A DNA stretch of 64,000 nt from Thermodesulfobacteriota bacterium (GTDB taxonomy: Bacteria > Desulfobacterota_D > UBA1144 > Nemesobacterales > Nemesobacteraceae). The position numbers and the translations under genes were made by a program. Under the pieces are notes generated by a model. That model did no database searches and had not been told where the DNA came from. It saw only the letters and a list, made by a program, of their open reading frames with translations. The stretch lies in assembly GCA_965202785.1 (NCBI GenBank), contig OZ241855.1, positions 480,001 through 544,000 on the forward strand. The letters run 5' to 3'. This document shows positions 18,023-27,000 of this stretch, in pieces. Every line of letters starts with the position of its first letter. The stretch's first letter is position 1.

Positions 18023-20962
18023 TTGTCTGAAAAAATCCCTAGGTTTCTCAAAAACGGGTACTTGGCGCTTGCCTTGGGAACCGTTATCGCCCTGTCTTTT
18101 TTTCTTGTCGCCGAGCCGGTCAGTCTTGACCGCAAATACAACAGTCAGAGCATAAAAATTGCCGAAGACACCCTTAAGCACGTAAACAAGTTTTATCTGG
18201 ACAAAAACAAGATCGACTATGCGAAAATGCTTGAAAAAGGGGTTTCCAGCCTTGAAACCTTTCTTGACGACGTACTGGTGGAATTTCCACAAGACCAGGG
18301 TGACGTCTTCGCCGTTCACGTAAAAGAGAAAGCAAAGAAATTCAAAGAAAAAGAGTCGCCATCCCCAAACGACGTCACAAGCACTCTGGGCCAAGTCGTG
18401 TCTTTTGTCCTTTCTAACACGGGAACCGAAGACCGCACCGTCAAAAACATAGAATATTCCATATCGGACAGCATGCTGAAGGTTCTTGACCCCCATTCTG
18501 CGATGATTCCGCCGGATATCTACAAGGAGTTTCTCATAGACACCGAAGGAAGTTTCGGAGGACTCGGAATAGTGGTCGGCATAAGAGACGGCCAGTTGAC
18601 CGTCATATCTCCGATAGAAGGCACACCGGCTTACAGGTCAGGGATAAAAACCAAAGATCGGATTGTACAGATAGAAAACGAGTCGACCATAAACATGCCT
18701 CTTCTCGAAGCTGTAGGGAAACTAAGAGGGAAGAAAGGAACCAGAGTAAACCTTCTCATCTCGAGAAAAAATTTTTCCAAGCCCCGAAAATTTTCGATAG
18801 TAAGAGACACAATAAAGATAGAAAGCGTCGAAGGGTTTGACCTTGAAAATGACATTCTTTACCTGAGAATAAGAAATTTCCAGAAAAACACGTCTTCGGA
18901 TCTAAAAAAAGAGATAAGCAGCCGTTCTCACTCAATTAACGGAATAATCCTCGATCTCAGAGGAAACCCAGGAGGTCTTCTCTCAGAGGCAGAAAAAGTA
19001 GCCGACCTCTTCCTCTCCTCGGGAACGATAATGACAACTAAAGCAAGGGACTATGCCAAGACCTACAGAGCGACGACAAAGCAGCCTGAGTACAAGGGAA
19101 AGGTGTTAGTGCTCGTGGACCAAGGAAGCGCAAGCGCGTCAGAAATAGTAGCCGGGGCGCTTAAAAACAACAAAAGAGCACTTGTGATAGGAAAAAGGTC
19201 TTTCGGCAAGGGATCGGTCCAGAAGGTTTTCGAGTTCGAAGACGGCGCCGCGCTGAAACTCACAATAGCAAAGTATCTTACCCCGGGCAATATCTCCATC
19301 CAGGACAGCGGCATAACCCCCGACATTTTTCTTCAGGGATCAGTGATAACCGAAGATAAAGTCGTCTATAATCCTTTGCCCGAAAAAAGAGAAAACGGGG
19401 AGGAGGCAGATCTGCCAATCCCCGAATTCACGATCAAGTACATCGATGAGAGTCTGGCACCCCAAGAAGAAGACGAGGAGGAGATCCAGCCGGACGAATC
19501 GCTTACGAAAGCACAAAAACTTGAGAAGCTGAAGAATGATTTTTACGTAAAACTTTCAAGCAGGATGCTTCTGGCGGAGACTAGGGAACAGATGTATGCA
19601 ACAGCTACCGATTTTTCCAACGTTCAGCTTGAAGAAATCAGAACACGGATTGAAGATACAGGAATCGACTGGTCCGCCGGTGAAACAAAAAAGCCTTCCG
19701 TATCGGTCCAAACGGTTCCCTCGAAAACAGTTTTCCGGGCCGGAGAAGAGAGTTTTCTTAAGATAAAGGTGACAAATTCCGGTCCCGACCCGATATACAG
19801 GCTCAGTGCTGTTACCGACTGTGAGAACCGCATTTACAGCGATGGAGAGCTTCTGTTCGGGAAACTGCTCCCTGGGCAGAGCAAGATCTCAAGAGTTAAG
19901 TTTTCCGTTCCCAAATGGGCCACCACCAGAGAGGACAGTATCAATCTCATTTTCACGAGTTCAGGGAACAAAACCTTTACGGAAGAGAACCTGCTCGTAA
20001 AAACCATGGCGGACAAGCGTCCCGTATATTCCCATAACCACGAAGTAGTGGACGACGGGAGATTCGGAAGCCAAGGCAACGGAAACGGGCACGCGGAACT
20101 TGAAGAAACGATAGTACTCAGCATAAAATTGAAAAACATCGGAGACGGAACATCTGAAAAGACGGTCGCAACTCTTAAGAATCTTTCGGGTAACGACGTG
20201 TTTCTTGAGAAAGGAAGGGTTGAGCTTGAGAACTTCCGTTCAGGGGAAACCAGACTCGCGCCTTTTCGCTTCAGGCAGAGCGGGGAAGTTGGCGAAACGG
20301 AATTTGAGCTTCTCATAATGGATGAGGACTTCCGGGAAATAAAAACACAGAAAATAATCTTGCCTGTCTCCGCGCAGGAAAGACCATTTTCCCCCACTTC
20401 CGCAAAGAAAACTGCCCTGTTCAAAGACTCAAGCTCCATACTTGGGGGAACTTTCCCTGCAGCCCCCGAAGTGGCTGTGGCACAGAGAAATTCCATGGTA
20501 AAAATTCTCGGCACTTCAGGGCGATGGATACGGGTTGAAGGGAAAAATTCTCTAGCAGGCTGGGTTGAAGAAAAAGCCATCAAGGTTGCTCGGGCAAGCT
20601 ACGACGGTCCGTCCGGTGAATCGTCGGATGAGGACAGAACCGATGACGCGGGGCAGGAGATTTCAGTTCTTGAAGAAACCTTTGAAGAACCTCCTTTCAT
20701 CATGATTTCGGATTTCCCCATGTCCACGGAAGCTTCCAAGATAACAGTGGAAGGATCGGTCAGGGACACTGACCGCATAGAGAGCGTCTCGGTTTGGAAA
20801 AAAGACGACAAGGTAAAGCTTTTTACACCGGGGAAAAACAATGTTCCCCTGCTTTTTCCCTTAACTCTCGAAGAAGGAATGAATCTTTTCACTATAGTGG
20901 CCAAGGATGAAAAGGGCATGACATCCAGAAGAACCCTGGCCATAAGAAAAGATCTTTCCTGA
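18023..20962 (+). CDS. S41 carboxy-terminal protease with PDZ and long C-terminal beta-sandwich/SH3-like extension (MXAN_5808-like)
   Basis: LDPHS, FGGLGI, DLRGNPGG, SASASEIVAG, FGKGSVQ. Confidence 0.88.
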   Translation: MSEKIPRFLKNGYLALALGTVIALSFFLVAEPVSLDRKYNSQSIKIAEDTLKHVNKFYLDKNKIDYAKMLEKGVSSLETFLDDVLVEFPQDQGDVFAVHVKEKAKKFKEKESPSPNDVTSTLGQVVSFVLSNTGTEDRTVKNIEYSISDSMLKVLDPHSAMIPPDIYKEFLIDTEGSFGGLGIVVGIRDGQLTVISPIEGTPAYRSGIKTKDRIVQIENESTINMPLLEAVGKLRGKKGTRVNLLISRKNFSKPRKFSIVRDTIKIESVEGFDLENDILYLRIRNFQKNTSSDLKKEISSRSHSINGIILDLRGNPGGLLSEAEKVADLFLSSGTIMTTKARDYAKTYRATTKQPEYKGKVLVLVDQGSASASEIVAGALKNNKRALVIGKRSFGKGSVQKVFEFEDGAALKLTIAKYLTPGNISIQDSGITPDIFLQGSVITEDKVVYNPLPEKRENGEEADLPIPEFTIKYIDESLAPQEEDEEEIQPDESLTKAQKLEKLKNDFYVKLSSRMLLAETREQMYATATDFSNVQLEEIRTRIEDTGIDWSAGETKKPSVSVQTVPSKTVFRAGEESFLKIKVTNSGPDPIYRLSAVTDCENRIYSDGELLFGKLLPGQSKISRVKFSVPKWATTREDSINLIFTSSGNKTFTEENLLVKTMADKRPVYSHNHEVVDDGRFGSQGNGNGHAELEETIVLSIKLKNIGDGTSEKTVATLKNLSGNDVFLEKGRVELENFRSGETRLAPFRFRQSGEVGETEFELLIMDEDFREIKTQKIILPVSAQERPFSPTSAKKTALFKDSSSILGGTFPAAPEVAVAQRNSMVKILGTSGRWIRVEGKNSLAGWVEEKAIKVARASYDGPSGESSDEDRTDDAGQEISVLEETFEEPPFIMISDFPMSTEASKITVEGSVRDTDRIESVSVWKKDDKVKLFTPGKNNVPLLFPLTLEEGMNLFTIVAKDEKGMTSRRTLAIRKDLS

Positions 20963-21018
20963 ATTTAGGATATTTATCGCGCACCGAAGACCGCAGATGG
21001 AGTCCAGGGGGCGGAGTA

Positions 21019-21954
21019 ATGCTTAAGTTTCTCTCTTTTCGAATACTGACCGGAGCAGTCGTAATCCTCGTGGTCGCGAGCATAACCTTCTTTCTGCTCA
21101 GGGTACTTCCCGGGGGTCCTTTCGACGCCGAGAAAAGCATTCCCCCGCACATACTCGAGAACATTGAAAAAAAATATCACATGGATAAGCCGCTGCACAA
21201 ACAATACCTCATCTACATGGGGAACCTGGCCCGCGGCGACTTCGGACCTTCCTACAAATACGACGATAGACCGGTTACCGACATAATAAGGGAAACCCTG
21301 CCAGTCTCAATGGGACTCGGGTTGGTGTCCCTGGTGCTGGCGTTTTTCATGGGAACAGTGGTCGGAATGATTTCCTCGCTGTTTCCAAGAAGTATCCACG
21401 ACATCGCCTCCGTGCTGATCTCCACGTCACTGGTATCGGTCCCGAGCTTCGTCGTCGGGGCGGCACTTATATATTTTTTCTCCGTCAGATGGGGAGTTCT
21501 GCCGGCCGCCCTCTGGGGAGAACCAAAGCACATAGTTCTTCCTGCGGTGACCCTGAGCCTGGCTCCGTTCGCCTACATCTCAAGACTTGTACGCTCCAAC
21601 ATGCTTGACGTGTCGGGCCAGTTTTTCGTAAGAACCGCCAGGGCAAAAGGACTCGGAAGAACGAAGATCTTCACGAAGCATATACTGAGAAACGCTCTTA
21701 TACCGGTCGTAACGGTGCTAGGCCCCCTGACCGCCTACCTGGTGACGGGATCCTTTGTCGTTGAGCATATATTCGCGATACCGGGAATGGGAAGGTTTTT
21801 CGTTTTTGCCGTGGCAAACAGGGACTACTCAGTTGTACTCGGAATAACGATCATCTACGCGCTTCTGCTCATAATAGCAAACCTTATTGTCGACCTTCTC
21901 TACGCCATACTTGATCCGAGAATAGAGCTTAGAAAGCAGGAACCGATCGCCTGA
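21019..21954 (+). CDS. oppB: Oligopeptide ABC transporter permease OppB
   Basis: PGGPFDAE, GDFGPSY, RTARAKGL EAA loop, LYAILDPRI. Confidence 0.9.
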   Translation: MLKFLSFRILTGAVVILVVASITFFLLRVLPGGPFDAEKSIPPHILENIEKKYHMDKPLHKQYLIYMGNLARGDFGPSYKYDDRPVTDIIRETLPVSMGLGLVSLVLAFFMGTVVGMISSLFPRSIHDIASVLISTSLVSVPSFVVGAALIYFFSVRWGVLPAALWGEPKHIVLPAVTLSLAPFAYISRLVRSNMLDVSGQFFVRTARAKGLGRTKIFTKHILRNALIPVVTVLGPLTAYLVTGSFVVEHIFAIPGMGRFFVFAVANRDYSVVLGITIIYALLLIIANLIVDLLYAILDPRIELRKQEPIA

Positions 21955-21976
21955 TGGCAGGCAGAGACAAACGGAA

Positions 21977-22714
21977 ATGAAGAACGTAAAGATAGTTATC
22001 GAGTATGACGGCACTGACTACCACGGCTGGCAATGCCAAGCGGACCTTCCCACGGTACAGAAGACTATAGAGGATGCAATCCGGAAGATCACAAGAGAAA
22101 ATGTCAAAATAACGGGTTCGGGAAGAACGGACGCGGGAGTGCACGCTATTGGCCAAGTGGCAAATTTCTTCATCGAAACGCAGATGGATACCGACACGCT
22201 GCGAAAAGCTCTTAATTCCACACTCCCCCGGGACATATCAATCATCAAGGCCCAGGAGGTCCCCGACGGCTTTCACGCACAGTTTAGCTCCAGAAGCAAG
22301 GTATACGAATACAGGATTTTCAACAGGCCACATCCCCCCGCACTTCAGAGAAACAGAGTCTGGCACATCCAGGATAAGCTTGATACGAAAAAAATGAGAG
22401 AAGCCGCCACATATCTTGAGGGAACACATGATTTCTCCGTTTTTGCCACGGCCGACATAACGGTGAAAACCACCGTACGCACAGTAAAGCGGGTTCACGT
22501 CAGGGAAACCCGCGAAGGAATAATCTCGGTTGAAATAGAGGCGGACGGGTTTCTGAAAAGAATGGTGAGAATGATAACCGGCACCCTCGTGGAAACGGGA
22601 AGGGGAAAACTCACCCCTGAGGGATTCGGACAGATACTCGCAGGAGGGCAAAAGACAAAAAACGTTTTCACCGCTCCCCCCAGTGGACTCTTTCTTAAAA
22701 AAGTCATCTACTAA
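21977..22714 (+). CDS. truA: tRNA pseudouridine(38-40) synthase
   Basis: EYDGTDYHGWQ, GRTDAGVHA, FLKRMVR, TAPPSGLFL. Confidence 0.96.
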   Translation: MKNVKIVIEYDGTDYHGWQCQADLPTVQKTIEDAIRKITRENVKITGSGRTDAGVHAIGQVANFFIETQMDTDTLRKALNSTLPRDISIIKAQEVPDGFHAQFSSRSKVYEYRIFNRPHPPALQRNRVWHIQDKLDTKKMREAATYLEGTHDFSVFATADITVKTTVRTVKRVHVRETREGIISVEIEADGFLKRMVRMITGTLVETGRGKLTPEGFGQILAGGQKTKNVFTAPPSGLFLKKVIY

Positions 22715-22791
22715 ATCCCAAAAAGCAAAAAAGGCCGATACTCTTATGCGAAATTCCCGTATATAATTAGGGGCATTTAAACGAAGTCGCC

Positions 22792-23553
22792 ATGAAATTC
22801 CTCAGATTCAACAACATCGAAGAAAAACCGGTATTCGGAAAATATTTAGACGGGTCGGTTTTTGAGATAGAAGGAAACATCTTCGGGGAATATTCCGTAA
22901 CGGACACGAAATATGATTACGCGGATATAACGCCGCTTGCTCCCTGCCTCCCGACCAAAATCATAGCCGTCGGGCTAAACTACGAGGATCACGCAAGGGA
23001 GATGAACAGGACTCCTCCCGAAGATCCCATGCTTTTTATGAAACCCTCAACGGCGGTCATTGCGCACCAGGAAGAGATAAAGTACCCGGCTCACATGTCA
23101 AGCAGGGTCGATTACGAAGGGGAGCTCGGAGTCGTGATAGGGAAAAGAGCCCACATGGTCGAAAAAGAGCAGGCTCTGGAATATGTCTTCGGATACACCT
23201 GCGTAAACGACGTGACCGCGAGAGACCTTCAGGCAAAGGACATACAGTTCACAAGGGGCAAGGGGTTTGACACTTTCGCCCCGTTCGGACCTTTCATAGA
23301 GACGGAAGTCGACCCCGCCGACCTTCGCATAAAAACCTTTCTAAATGGTGAACTGAAACAGAACTCAAGCACGAAAAACCTGATATTCAGCGTCCCTGAG
23401 CTTGTAAGCTTCATATCGAAGGTGATGACGCTTCTTCCGGGAGACGTAATAGCGACGGGGACTCCTTCAGGCGTAAGTCCCATGAGCCCGGGGGACGTGC
23501 TAGAAGTGGAAATCGAAGGGATCGGAAGGCTTAAAAACCCCATCACCCTTTAG
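22792..23553 (+). CDS. Fumarylacetoacetate hydrolase family protein
   Basis: VGLNYEDH, DYEGEL, NDVTARD, KGFDTF, GDVIATGTP. Confidence 0.92.
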   Translation: MKFLRFNNIEEKPVFGKYLDGSVFEIEGNIFGEYSVTDTKYDYADITPLAPCLPTKIIAVGLNYEDHAREMNRTPPEDPMLFMKPSTAVIAHQEEIKYPAHMSSRVDYEGELGVVIGKRAHMVEKEQALEYVFGYTCVNDVTARDLQAKDIQFTRGKGFDTFAPFGPFIETEVDPADLRIKTFLNGELKQNSSTKNLIFSVPELVSFISKVMTLLPGDVIATGTPSGVSPMSPGDVLEVEIEGIGRLKNPITL

Positions 23554-23785
23554 AGACGCCCCTACCTTCATCCCGGCGAAGATCTTGGCCGGAAACTACA
23601 GCATCCGGACCCTTCGCGCAATCATGATCCGCACCGCAAAACAGCACCGGAACAATTGCGGTTTTCACCCGGTTCCCTGCCGTTAGCAAATAAAAATGAC
23701 CAGTGCTTTTTATCAAAGCTTGAATCGAGCAAGCGAAAAAACAAAGGACCAAGTTTAATTGAATCACGGGTTGCTTGGCCGAGAG

Positions 23786-23815
23786 TTGACAGTGCACATT
23801 CATGTTAGTTAACCT
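23786..23815 (+). promoter_or_regulatory. Putative sigma70 promoter of the double-trypsin lipoprotein
   Basis: TTGACA-18 nt-TAACCT; implies the ATG at 23802 is not the start. Confidence 0.55.
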
Positions 23816-23885
23816 GATCAGGCATATCTGGACCGACCGGATGTTTCTAATGCGGGAAGTCCGCAATCAGGGAAAGAGCGCTTCC

Positions 23886-25670
23886 ATGAAGAATTCAGCC
23901 CATAGAAACAATCCGACTAAACGGGAGTTCAGTTCTACCCCCCCCCCCGATACCCATTTTTATTCCGCTCTCGGAGCGCTAAGGAACTTTTCCCCGGTTT
24001 TCCTCGTGCTCTGTGTGCTTGCATCTGTTTCCTGCGGAGGAGGAACGGACTCCGGGATACCCTCAGGGATACCCTCAGAAATACCATCGGACAGATGCGA
24101 TCTTGCTTCCCAGCAAGACGAACAGAGAGCGTACGAAAGAGATGAATATTTCCCCAAAATATACAGCCGTGATTTTTCCCGCGACCTCGGCGCCGACATA
24201 TCTCCCACGAACGACGACTACGATCTCGCAACGAAGGTAAGCCGTTCTGTGGTTGATCTTGAGTTCAACCGAGGAAGAAACTCCGGAGGAATAGCAACCG
24301 GCTGGCTTATAGCCCCACGCTACGTCGCCACCGCCGCGCACAACGTAGCCGAAGAGGTCGGCAATTCGTGCGAAAAAAAAGACGCAACCGTACATGTTCA
24401 CACCTTCGACGGCGACACCATAAGTGCGGAAGTGGTCTGGTTCGACAAGACATGCGGATTCTCATTCGGCACCGATCTGGCGCTGCTCAAGCTTGAACGG
24501 GAAATCGACGCCGTTCCCATGAAAATCGCGGACGAAAGGCCCGGAAGAAATGAAATGCTCTTGGCAATGGGCAATGCGGGCGCTTCAAGCGGTCTGGGAT
24601 CGTGGACTGTTACCGCCGGGCCCGCGCTTGAACTGAGAGGCGAACACAGCCTCCCTGTAGGGCCCGGCAGGGTATATCATTGGGTGCCCACCTCGGCGGG
24701 AATGAGCGGAGGACCCATATTCAACCGCAGGGGAGAAGTGGTCTCCATCGTATCCATAGGTATCGGCATTTCTGAGGACTTGCCTGGAATCAACCGTTTT
24801 CAGGAGCCCGCCGCGACGCCGGGGAACCTCTGGGTTTACGGGTTTGTTCAAAGGTCCCTGTCCGAGCTCAGTCTCGGACCAAATCCCAGCGAGTTAAAGG
24901 ACCTCTACAACAAAGATCCCGGTCTTTCAGAACCCGCAAACGCCGGAGACTACAGGAATAACAACGAGTGGAAAAGAGCTGACCATCCTCTCGGCGATCA
25001 CTACAGCCCGTTTCCGATCGATCAGTTTGACCGGATGAACAGAGTATACAAAGAGGCGCGCAAAGGCGCCGTGACCGTAGAAGTTCAGAATACGCATGGT
25101 TCCGGTTTTATATATGACGACAGTACCGTCGTAACCGTTGCACACGTAGCCAGTAAGCCAGGACTGGAAGTTCAGATTAAGACAATAGACGGCCAGTACC
25201 ACCAGGCAACCGTTTCAAAAGCACAGGAGAACAATGGTTGTGATATCGCCATCTTGAAAACGGTCACGCCGGGTGCCCTTGGGGAGTATAAAAAGCTTGA
25301 TATCGGCGATTCATCTTCACTCGAATGCGGAGACCCTCTCGTTCAGATAGGTTCCGGCTCTTTATACAACCCGGTAGGAGAGTTGCAGGGACTCGGGGCC
25401 GTTTACATGACGACAGAAAAATACTTTTCAAGTTTTCTCTCACGCTCCGTATCAGTCGGCATGAGCGGCGGTCCGGTAGTGGACAGAGGCGGCAATGTGG
25501 TGTCCATCTCCTCAACCACATTGACTGAAGAAAGCGAATTGGGCACACCGGGACCACTCTATATCCACACACGCCTTCCGGTTTATGGGAAGCAGGACTT
25601 CTCAATCGGACAGAACTCGGAAACAATGAAAAAATTCATTGAGCAAAGCGAGTTTTACTGTCCAAATTGA
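23886..25670 (+). CDS. Lipoprotein with two tandem trypsin-like (S1) serine protease domains, no PDZ
   Basis: Lipobox-like ASVSC-GGG. Domain 1: TAAH / DLALLKL / GMSGGP. Domain 2: TVAH / DIAILK / GMSGGP. Start position uncertain. Confidence 0.82.
   Translation: MKNSAHRNNPTKREFSSTPPPDTHFYSALGALRNFSPVFLVLCVLASVSCGGGTDSGIPSGIPSEIPSDRCDLASQQDEQRAYERDEYFPKIYSRDFSRDLGADISPTNDDYDLATKVSRSVVDLEFNRGRNSGGIATGWLIAPRYVATAAHNVAEEVGNSCEKKDATVHVHTFDGDTISAEVVWFDKTCGFSFGTDLALLKLEREIDAVPMKIADERPGRNEMLLAMGNAGASSGLGSWTVTAGPALELRGEHSLPVGPGRVYHWVPTSAGMSGGPIFNRRGEVVSIVSIGIGISEDLPGINRFQEPAATPGNLWVYGFVQRSLSELSLGPNPSELKDLYNKDPGLSEPANAGDYRNNNEWKRADHPLGDHYSPFPIDQFDRMNRVYKEARKGAVTVEVQNTHGSGFIYDDSTVVTVAHVASKPGLEVQIKTIDGQYHQATVSKAQENNGCDIAILKTVTPGALGEYKKLDIGDSSSLECGDPLVQIGSGSLYNPVGELQGLGAVYMTTEKYFSSFLSRSVSVGMSGGPVVDRGGNVVSISSTTLTEESELGTPGPLYIHTRLPVYGKQDFSIGQNSETMKKFIEQSEFYCPN
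23938..23948 (+). repeat. Poly-C (C11) homopolymer in the 5' coding region
   Basis: Seen directly; the longest homopolymer I noticed in the window. Confidence 0.85.
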
Positions 25671-25736
25671 GCTCCAAAGTGCACCACTGACTTAAATAAT
25701 CTCTTTCAGTAGAGCTTAGCACGGGAAGGACAGGGC

Positions 25737-25756
25737 CCGAGCGCCGCTCGGTTTTT
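25737..25756 (+). terminator. Putative terminator
   Basis: CCGAGC-gcc-GCTCGG followed by TTTTT. Confidence 0.55.
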
Positions 25757-25853
25757 CTCTTTAATGGAAAACTTCGGCGTGCCTTCAAAACCGGAACCGT
25801 TCGGGTAGATTATTCCCGCTTTTGGAATTGCTTCCGCAAAGGAGAACAACAAA

Positions 25854-26924
25854 TTGCCTGAAATACTGGTAGTCCCCGGAGACGGGATAGGAGTTGAAGT
25901 AACCGAAGTCAGCGTGTCAATACTCAAGGCTGTCGGGGAGAGAAACGGAATCGAATTCGCGCTTGAGAGCGATCTTCTCGGCGGATGCGCCATAGACGCG
26001 CACGGGGTTCCCGTAACCGAAGAAACCATAGAGAAAGCGAAGAAAAGCGACGCGGTGCTTCTCGGTGCAGTGGGAGGCCCCAAATGGGAGAACATCGAGC
26101 ATCATCTCAAACCCGAAAGAGGACTCCTCGAGCTTAGAAAGCAGCTCGACACCTTCGCGAACCTGAGACCCGCAATCGTCTACGCGGCCCTTGCCGACGC
26201 GTCCACTCTTAAAAGAGATGTAGTGGAAGGGGTCGACATAATGGTCGTGAGGGAGCTCACAAGCGGAATATACTTCGGACATCCGAGAGGAACCGAACAG
26301 CTCGGCGGGGGAGAGAGCAAGGCGTTTAACACCCTCCATTACACAACTTCCGAGATAGAAAGAGTGGCGAAGATGGCCTTTGAAATCGCCAGGAAAAGAA
26401 AAAGCAAGGTCACTTCGATTGACAAATCAAACGTTCTCGAATCAATGGTGCTCTGGAGAGACACCGTAACCGAGCTTCACGAACGCCAGTTCTCCGACGT
26501 TACGCTTGAGCATCTTTACGTGGACAACGCCGCGATGCAGTTAATAAGAAGGCCCGCAGACTTCGACGTGATGCTGGCGGGAAACATGTTCGGCGACATA
26601 ATAAGCGACGAGGCCGCCCAGCTCACCGGTTCCCTCGGCATGCTGCCCTCGGCAAGCGTCGGAAACGAAGGGGCCATATACGAGCCCGTGCACGGAAGCG
26701 CCCCCGACATCGCCGGCAAGGGCGTAGCGAACCCCATAGCCTCTGTTCTCTCGATGGCCATGATGCTGCGTTACTCCTTTGACATGGACGGGGCCGCCAC
26801 GCAGGTCGAGGAAGCGGTAGCAAATGTTCTTGAAAAAGGCTACCGCACATCCGACATATACGAGGAAGGAAAAACCAGGGTGGGCACAGAGGAAATGGGA
26901 TCTCTCATACTCGACGAGCTGTGA
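25854..26924 (+). CDS. leuB: 3-isopropylmalate dehydrogenase
   Basis: PGDGIG, GAVGGPKW, NMFGDIISD, EPVHGSAPDIAG. Confidence 0.96.
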   Translation: MPEILVVPGDGIGVEVTEVSVSILKAVGERNGIEFALESDLLGGCAIDAHGVPVTEETIEKAKKSDAVLLGAVGGPKWENIEHHLKPERGLLELRKQLDTFANLRPAIVYAALADASTLKRDVVEGVDIMVVRELTSGIYFGHPRGTEQLGGGESKAFNTLHYTTSEIERVAKMAFEIARKRKSKVTSIDKSNVLESMVLWRDTVTELHERQFSDVTLEHLYVDNAAMQLIRRPADFDVMLAGNMFGDIISDEAAQLTGSLGMLPSASVGNEGAIYEPVHGSAPDIAGKGVANPIASVLSMAMMLRYSFDMDGAATQVEEAVANVLEKGYRTSDIYEEGKTRVGTEEMGSLILDEL

Positions 26925-27000
26925 GAAGAAAGGATTCCTGTCCCTAAGAGTGAAAGGCAAAAATCCCACGATTGAACTTTCATCACACCTAGGAAATCCT

